Part shown: piece after piece, positions 31,650 through 38,281 of the stretch
Layout of the letters: each line of letters opens with the position of its first letter
Numbering within the stretch: position 1 is the stretch's first letter
Origin: Mitosporidium daphniae
Lineage: Eukaryota
Assembly: GCF_000760515.2 (NCBI RefSeq)
Contig: NW_013546389.1
Coordinates: 1-38,281 of the forward strand
Length of the DNA stretch: 38,281 nt
Direction: 5' to 3'
The notes under the pieces: model-generated
The model's database searches: none
What the model saw: the letters and a program-made list of their open reading frames with translations, nothing else
What the model was told of the DNA's origin: nothing
Translations under genes and position numbers: made by a program

Positions 31650-32854
31650 ATGTCTACAAAAGCTGGTCAAACCCAATGGGAAAGTGCTGCTGCCAAAATG
31701 CTTTCCACAATCCTCGGTACGACAAACGAAGAAGGATCTAGCGATAGCTTTATCGAAGGAATATCACAGAATCCATTCAAAGTTGCATCGACAGCCAAGC
31801 GAGGAATTATCCGGCACCTGTGCATTATATTGGATACCTCGGAACCCTCTAACGACAAGGAATGGCGTCCCTCGAAACTATTTGCCATTAGCGATCTTTT
31901 GAAGAAGAGGTTTTTTCAATTATTCTTCGAGTCGAATCCGATTGGACAGCTGTCAATAGTCGCCACCTTTAATGGGACTGCAACTGTTTTGGTGCCCCCA
32001 ACTTGCGACCTGGACTTGCTGGTGGAAAAATTTAATACATCAGTGATAGACGATGGTACCGGGTCTGCTTCTTTAGAAAACGCGCTACGGCTTTCGGTAG
32101 CCCTTTTCCAGTAAGATTTGTAGCTCTTTTTCCTGAGCAGGACCTGTTAGAGCGAGCAAAGAAATTCTTTTTTTATTTAACGCTTTATCCTCTGTTGATC
32201 CCGGCGATATCAATTCTGCAATCGATATGTCTAGAAAGGCTGGTGTTTCCATCTCCATGATCCACACAAATGCTGCGCTATTTGTGGCGCAGAGAATGTG
32301 CAATCTTACCAACGGTAATGAGGAAAATTTACCTTTAGGTTCATTTGCCGTCGCGCTTGACTATTTTAATTTCAAAGAGCTGCTTGAGACTTTTGCCGAG
32401 CCCAGGCCATTGTATTCTGCCACGAATTCAAAATCGGTTCAGCTGGTAAAAATGGGATTCCCTCAACAAAGCATCAATCCAGTTGATATTTGCACCTGGT
32501 ACGCACCGCCATATCACATTACCCTTTTGTAGTCACAGTCGTCGATTGGAATCTTCTGGCTATTCTTGCCCTCGATGCGTAGCAATTGTGTGCTTCATTC
32601 CGTCAGACTGCCCTGTTTGCAAGCTCACTCTGATTTCATCGTCTCACATTGGGCGCTCCCTGCATCATTTATTTCCGCTAAAAGATTTTGATGAAGTGGC
32701 TGCAGGAGGCCCTTGTTTCTGCTGTAATCTTTCAAATGGCCAACTATTTTTTCAATGTCCAAACTGCAAGTGTTGCTATTGCAAAGAGTGCAACGGCTTT
32801 TTACATAGCCAGCTTTATACTTGCCCTGGCTGTAATGTTGCAGATCAAAACTGA
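31650..32854 (+). CDS. SSL1: TFIIH subunit Ssl1/p44 (GTF2H2), 3 introns
   Basis: RGIIRHLCIILDTS, FFESNPIGQLSIV, SLENAL, SKEIL...S.DPGDI, LVKMGFP, CTCH, GYSCPRC..CPVCKLTLISSSHIGRSLHHLFPL and a C-terminal RING-like domain. Introns 32111-32150, 32315-32338 (probable) and 32499-32532. Confidence 0.93.
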
Positions 32855-32875
32855 AGTAATGATATTTGTACATGC

Positions 32876-33000
32876 ATCACAGAGGATCACATGAAATCGC
32901 ACCACCTCGCATCATAAGATACAATAGGCCATGGTACGGTACGCTGTGGCATCATACGCTATGGTATTCCATGGCATGGTGTATTATTTTAATAAACAAT
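32876..33000. repeat. Degenerate 5-bp-periodic tract (ANNNY)n
   Basis: Of 25 consecutive pentamers from 32876, 22 start with A and 22 end in a pyrimidine (atcac agagg atcac atgaa atcgc accac ... atggt acggt acgct ...). Confidence 0.65.
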
Positions 33001-33177
33001 TTGTGAATTTGTTTGGAAACCTTTGCAAACGATATGATTTCATTGGTTCAGCCGTTTCAATCCATGAACAATCTGAATTGCATTACAAGAATTCGGAAAA
33101 GATTCGGTCTCCAATCTTGTTGAAGGCAATCACTCCTGATTTTGCTCAAAAACGACACATTTGAAGTTTGTTGAAAG

Positions 33178-33654
33178 ATGCCTCCCATCGTGCGCAGAAA
33201 CCGAGAAAGAAACCCATTTCTTTCACAAAGATATCGAGGCGGCCATATTGAATATTATGCACCGCCAGCCCATAAGAAAATGGAGGCCCGAATGGAACAT
33301 TCAGAACCAATAGGTTCCTCTTTCTATTCAAGGCCAGTGCATGCGGCATTTGATATATCGCCTCAAAAGAAATACGAGCCACCCTTTTCTGATGCAAGGG
33401 ATGTGGGTCGGCATAAGCTTTCAACCGGTACTATTAGAAATAGGGCTTTTCCGCCATTTTCAATTGCCTCTACTGTCCCTCGCGAGACAGCATTTGTTCG
33501 AGCCAATCAAGTTGCATCATATGGCCCTACCTCTCATGTCTTTGGCTATGGGTTTGGCATCTTTTTTGCATTTCTTATTATTGTGACTATCGCTGATTGG
33601 GCAATTCAGCATACTCGATCAGACTTTACAAAAGAGTCCAAAATTAGCTTTTGA
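33178..33654 (+). CDS. Hypothetical protein with a C-terminal transmembrane segment
   Basis: 158-aa ATG-started ORF with hydrophobic VFGYGFGIFFAFLIIVTIA near the end. No family recognised. Confidence 0.5.
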   Translation: MPPIVRRNRERNPFLSQRYRGGHIEYYAPPAHKKMEARMEHSEPIGSSFYSRPVHAAFDISPQKKYEPPFSDARDVGRHKLSTGTIRNRAFPPFSIASTVPRETAFVRANQVASYGPTSHVFGYGFGIFFAFLIIVTIADWAIQHTRSDFTKESKISF

Positions 33655-33713
33655 TACCCCTTGATTTGGAAATTTCATTGGATTTCAGCTTTGCAATCGG
33701 TTTTTCAAATCCG

Positions 33714-34820
33714 ATGAGTCCGATCAGAACCGTCCTGATAAATGGTGTCGTTGCTTTTGCGGCAATTTTTACCCTTGTATTGTATAGCACGATTCAGGGA
33801 AGGATTATGATACACCATGGAGAGGACATTGGCTATTTATTTATATATCTGATCGCCTGGAACAAGATCGGTACTATTGCTTTGATTTTGTTGGCAATCC
33901 TTTTGTCCAAAATGCTTACCGTTGGCGCGTACAATGATGAGCGCTATTCCAAAGCTTCCATTGAAGATGTGATTCCCCTCTATCAGGCCGAAAATCTTTC
34001 CTCTTACTCGATGCCATCTGGGGCGCCGCAGTTTCCTTTCTCGAGCTTGAAAATTGCAACTTTGTTAGCAAAAAAAAGCCCCTTTTCTTGTCTTTTGATT
34101 TCTCTGTCAAACGTCGCCGCAACAGCCTGCCAATACCAGTCACTGATCTACATTCCTCTGTCGCTGCAGTCTGTTGGAAAATGCACAAAAATTCTTCCCA
34201 CGCTTCTTCTTCGGGCAGCGATGACGGGGTCTCTTCCCTCTCTTCTCGATTCAGTGATATGTTTACTTGTAGTATTTGGGGTATTGCTATTATTTCTCTT
34301 TCCCTCCAATACACTTGCGTACGAGTCAATAGGCGGGCTTTTCATCTTCTTTCATTCTGTTTTGGATAGCATGACCATGATCATCCAGGAAAAAATGCTT
34401 ATTTCTAGAATTGATCCGAACTTTCGGACGTTGCAGGGGAGCTTTGGCGTACTTCTCGTCCAGTCCGGATCGGGCTTGATGCTTTCTGCAGCGATCATCT
34501 TAGTTTCGTCCTTGTACGATCCAGCGGACGCGCTCAAGTTTTTTTCAATCCCCTGGATTTTATTGTTTGGCCTTTGCATCTCCTCTGCGTGCTCACAGTT
34601 GCTGATTTTGATTAGCATCCAAAGGTTAACCTCAATTGGACACGTCCTTGTCATGACTTGTCGCCATTTTTTTGTAATCGTTGCCTCAGAGGTACTTTTG
34701 CATCAAAGCTCGCTTTTTTTCGTGCAGTGGGTTGGCGTCATCATCGTTATTGGCGCTCTTTTTTCAAAGGCAATTGTTTCGCAGGTTGGAAAATCGTGTC
34801 CCTTTGAACGTCGGACTTGA
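33714..34820 (+). CDS. Nucleotide-sugar/PAPS transporter, UAA (SLC35B/Hut1) family
   Basis: Multi-pass membrane protein with SNVAATACQYQSLIYIPLSLQSVGKCTKILP, DSMT..IQE, SQLLI...I, MTCRHFF.I..S and QWVG, all patterns of the SLC35B family. First ATG at 33714. Confidence 0.82.
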   Translation: MSPIRTVLINGVVAFAAIFTLVLYSTIQGRIMIHHGEDIGYLFIYLIAWNKIGTIALILLAILLSKMLTVGAYNDERYSKASIEDVIPLYQAENLSSYSMPSGAPQFPFSSLKIATLLAKKSPFSCLLISLSNVAATACQYQSLIYIPLSLQSVGKCTKILPTLLLRAAMTGSLPSLLDSVICLLVVFGVLLLFLFPSNTLAYESIGGLFIFFHSVLDSMTMIIQEKMLISRIDPNFRTLQGSFGVLLVQSGSGLMLSAAIILVSSLYDPADALKFFSIPWILLFGLCISSACSQLLILISIQRLTSIGHVLVMTCRHFFVIVASEVLLHQSSLFFVQWVGVIIVIGALFSKAIVSQVGKSCPFERRT

Positions 34821-34882
34821 GGCCTCGCTTTAGAATATTTTCGATATGCTTTCAATTTTTATTGCATCCAGACATTTAATCT

Positions 34883-35435
34883 CTAGTGATTCACCTCCGG
34901 GTTATGGAAGAGGGTCTTGTCACCGTCTCCCCATGGGAATTTCTATGCGTCAATTAGCGAAAACGACGTAATACCTTCAAACGTAGGCGTAAATGTGGGT
35001 AAGCAACATATTCCGGATGTTCGTGGAGCTCCTCCTCCCCGGTCATGAAGTAGGCATTTAGGCCGGCGAGTCCGATCAACGGCAGGCCGATGTACCAAAA
35101 CATGTTCTTGTATCTTTGGGCCTGACCTATAAATTAATAAAATTGCGGATCCAACGAAAAGCATTGGCTTGCTCAATAATTTTTGCGCGGTAAAAATCGG
35201 CCGTAATCTGTGTGATCAGCCCCCTTTCAAGAAGCGCATCAATTTTAGAGGTGTCGTTAATTCGTTCCAAGTTCAAGGCAATGATTCGCTCCTCGATTGG
35301 ACGCAGAGCCTCATACATGTGCGTAAAGCTTGTTTTGAAATTCTCTTCAGAGTATAGTCTGCGTGTAATATTGGGCCAATGGGTTGCATTCTTTCGGCAC
35401 ATAGCGGAGGCCCTGTTAATAATGAGACGCGACAT
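34883..35435 (-). CDS. COX13: Cytochrome c oxidase subunit VIa, 163 aa (exons 35435-35156, 35126-34975, 34942-34883)
   Basis: Introns 35127-35155 (29 nt) and 34943-34974 (32 nt) give ..[59 protein letters not shown], the COX6A signature. The N-terminus is Arg-rich and presequence-like. Confidence 0.92.
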
Positions 35436-35690
35436 CAATGGTAAATACTGAAAGTGTTTGCAATTAAATTCCTTTGAGGGTTAGGGTTTAAGGTTTCCAA
35501 TATTTTCAACTGACCTCCTTTTCAGCAATTGCAGTTAAATTTAGGGCTAGGGTTAGGAATGCAGGGAAAGCACTCGGTGGCCGCTCCACGGAAATTTCGA
35601 ATTTACGCCATTTAAATTATTGGGCAGCGGATGTGCCTGTTTTTAAGTTTGACCGCATGAACATGCATTTTTTATTTTCCGCTGGCCAGA

Positions 35691-36536
35691 TTGTTTTTTG
35701 AGCTGCTTAGGGCCCCCAAGGATGCCACCAATGCCAATCTGCTAGTGCTATTGCATGGGCTCTATGGATCTTCTAGGAACTTGAGGACACTTGGAAGGAA
35801 GATCGTAGCCAATGCATCCAATTCGTTTTCTGTTGCACTAGTTGATCTTCGTAATCATGGGGCCAGCCCACATTGTGATTCCCATTCAATTAGGGACATG
35901 AGCGATGACGTATTCGCCTTTATTCAGTCCCAGAACGCACGCAAAGTTGTGCTTTGTGGACATTCAATGGGAGGCCGAGTGGCCATGAATATGGCTACGC
36001 AATCTCCAAATTCCCTCTTGCAAGGGCTTGTGCTTTTGGATATTTCTCCTTTTTCGCGGTCGCTAGACAAGCAAACCGTCAAATCCTTCCATCTTTCGCT
36101 GATCCAAAACCTGAGAAAAGCAGCAAACTTTAACTCGATTTCAAAGTGCAAACGGTATCTTTTAGAGTGCCAGTATGGCAATGAGCTTGTCGAGTGGATG
36201 GTTGGGACAAATTTTTTTACTTCTCCTGATGCTGAGAAAGTCCAAATTCGTCTTAATCTCGATGCCTTGGAAACCTTTATTGACCATCACTTTGATGTTG
36301 GTGCAAATTCACCACCCCAAGGGCTGGGCGGCGCGTACAAATTTCCATTTCGAAAATCGTGTCTTTTCATAAAAGGCGGTAAATCAAATTACATCACTGA
36401 AAGGGATTTTTGTGACATCAACTATTTGTTTCCCAAAAACCGCATTGTAGAATTCCCTTCTGCTGGGCATTGGGTTCATTCCAATTTCCCAGCCGAAATT
36501 GCTTTGGAAGTTGTCACGCTTTTGCAGGAAATATAG
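35691..36536 (+). CDS. Alpha/beta hydrolase, ABHD11/YbfF-like; start codon unresolved
   Basis: LHGLYGSSRN, VDLRNHGASP, GHSMGG nucleophile motif, LDISP, LFIKGGKSNYI and AGHWVH. Confidence 0.9.
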   Translation: MFFELLRAPKDATNANLLVLLHGLYGSSRNLRTLGRKIVANASNSFSVALVDLRNHGASPHCDSHSIRDMSDDVFAFIQSQNARKVVLCGHSMGGRVAMNMATQSPNSLLQGLVLLDISPFSRSLDKQTVKSFHLSLIQNLRKAANFNSISKCKRYLLECQYGNELVEWMVGTNFFTSPDAEKVQIRLNLDALETFIDHHFDVGANSPPQGLGGAYKFPFRKSCLFIKGGKSNYITERDFCDINYLFPKNRIVEFPSAGHWVHSNFPAEIALEVVTLLQEI

Positions 36537-36792
36537 CACAATCCTCTTTGTGACATAAAAACACACACAAAAAAGTAAAAGATAGCACCGGCATAATTCC
36601 GGAAAACCATGTCTCGATACGTTCTCATAGGTTCAAGATCCGCAAAGTTGGATGTTTTCATCAATTTTTAGGGTTTTTAAAGTACACTTCTTTCAAAATA
36701 GCACGTTAGGGTTGAATTTGTGCAAATTACACGGGGGTCATCCATCGAGAATCAATATTGGCACTATCGTTTTACTGGATGCAAACTTTCCG

Positions 36793-37664
36793 ATGCAACA
36801 CAGTCTACAAAACGCTGGCCGCTTTTTCACAAAGCTTCTCGCCTCAATAAATGCAAAAAGCTTTCTGTTTTTCATAGCCCTTTTTGCTATTATTGCGCTT
36901 TCATCAACTAATGCGGCTTCCAAAGACAGGCTATCAAACCTATACGTACTGAAAGCGATGATTGTTTACAAGATTTTAGGATTCAGGGTGTAAATGTGCA
37001 TCCTCTTGCTTGAGATTTTAAAATGACTTATCATCAGATCCACAGAGATCTGTGGATATCCCTACGTAGAGATGATATCTTTCGGTCTTCTTTCAAAGCT
37101 TTCAACGAGCTATTCAGTATCCGATTACAGCTTACTGCTATGTTACGTATATATAGCTTTCAAGCTTTATATTTTAACAAAAAGATGCTATTTAGCGAGC
37201 AATCTTTAAAGCAATGGACCAGTTTGGTCACCGTACAACTTGAACTTTTTGAATTTTCAAAAAACCCCCAAGGCGTTTAAGAAATAAAAACCCATTACTT
37301 GCTTGAAAGATTGCACGATCAGCACAACAGGAATGGAACAAAAAATCTAGGAGCATGGTTTGAAAGCATAAAAGTTTTGGTTTTGGGAAATAGTTGAAGG
37401 ATTTTTAGAAGAGAAAAAAGATTCTTGTTTCAATTTTTCAATAGCTCTCGAAATATTTCAAAATAATTTAAAGCTATTCACGGAGCCATAATAAAATATC
37501 TTATAAGTTCTTCTACTTTTAGTTTTTACTTTATGCCTTCCTTATGATAAAGATGAGCAGGCTAAAGTAAATGTCATTGCGACCATAAATGGAGCTAAGG
37601 AAATTATGAAGGAAAAGATGCTTCAAGCGCTCGAGCTTGCATCTGAGTTTGGGTTGCATGAGTA
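36793..37664 (+). pseudogene. Possible decayed gene for a secreted or membrane protein
   Basis: A short ORF with a hydrophobic leader (SFLFFIALFAIIALSSTNAA) is followed by protein-like fragments in several frames, ending ..DEQAKVNVIATINGAKEIMKEKMLQALELASEFGLHE*. No continuous frame or family was recognised. Confidence 0.25.
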
Positions 37665-38281
37665 GTTTGAAATATGAGCCAGCTTTTTATTTGGATCGCA
37701 CGAGCCAGCCAGCTTCTTATTTAATCATAATCCTACTAGGGCTATCAGTGTAAAGGGTTAGGGTTTATTATGCCTTATACTCTACTAGGTGGAATTATGG
37801 ACAGTGACGCCTGATCTTAATGCAGGATCAAGTTGAAGCTGCAAAACCGGCGTTGGAAGGTCACATCAAAGTGGGACGCAGAATTAAATCTGGGAATTAA
37901 AAATAATTAAATTGTGAGGCAACAAGGTAAGAAGGTTTTCAAAACCGTCGTATTGACACAAATTCACTGCTGAGTGTCGTTGAAAAGCTGCCATAAATAG
38001 AAAATTTGATGTGATCTCATTTTGAAAGGACCTGGACAGTATCATGTTGAGTCTTGAGCCAGGCAAGCGTGTTAGTTAAACAAACAATTAAAGAAATGCC
38101 CAGACACGCTACAAAAAGCAATAATAAAGTTAAGCTGATGGGTATGCCCATGCAAGCATGCGGTGTGGGCTATTTGCAGTATAGCTTCTAACACAAAATG
38201 CTGGAAACAAATAAAAGCAAAAAGTCATTTAGGCGGTTTGGAGAAACCCATTCGGCCGATATTTGGAAATTGTTCCATGAT

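Noticed and set aside
35200..35240. LLERGLITQIT as the N-terminus of a tyrosyl-tRNA synthetase
   Set aside because: No HIGH motif follows, and splicing joins this exon to a clear COX6A domain.

Overview
This is eukaryotic nuclear DNA from a very compact, gene-dense genome with tiny spliceosomal introns. I inferred 28 introns by restoring conserved reading frames, and 25 of them are 23-34 nt. The genes are fungal/opisthokont-like and include a cytochrome c oxidase subunit. That combination suggests an early-diverging Rozellomycota/microsporidia relative such as Mitosporidium, which is inference only. Recognisable genes in order: SPT4, a PMT O-mannosyltransferase, a GT34-like glycosyltransferase plus a decayed tandem copy, ELP6, RPC3/POLR3C, eIF6, DAD3 (absent from the ORF track), SRP54, a bZIP factor, PIG-Y, a Set3-like PHD-SET protein, an RMD1-family gene, phospholipase D, RRP5, an Irc21-like cytochrome b5 protein, ARMC8/Vid28, SSL1/TFIIH p44, an SLC35B-type transporter, COX13/COX6A and an ABHD11-like hydrolase. 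There are also three orphan secreted proteins. The most notable anomalies are: (1) an in-frame TGA at the conserved Trp of an otherwise intact RMD1-family gene; (2) a ~190-nt nested-helix and pseudoknot RNA candidate between RRP5 and the cytochrome b5 gene; (3) a tRNA-like A-box/B-box element with a broken cloverleaf; (4) a 218-nt repeat-containing intron and a GC-AG intron in SRP54; (5) a uORF overlapping a bZIP ATG as TAATG; (6) TTAGGG telo-boxes concentrated in intergenic DNA. No prokaryotic features, CRISPR arrays or intact mobile elements were found. All assignments come from motif recognition by eye, with no database search.
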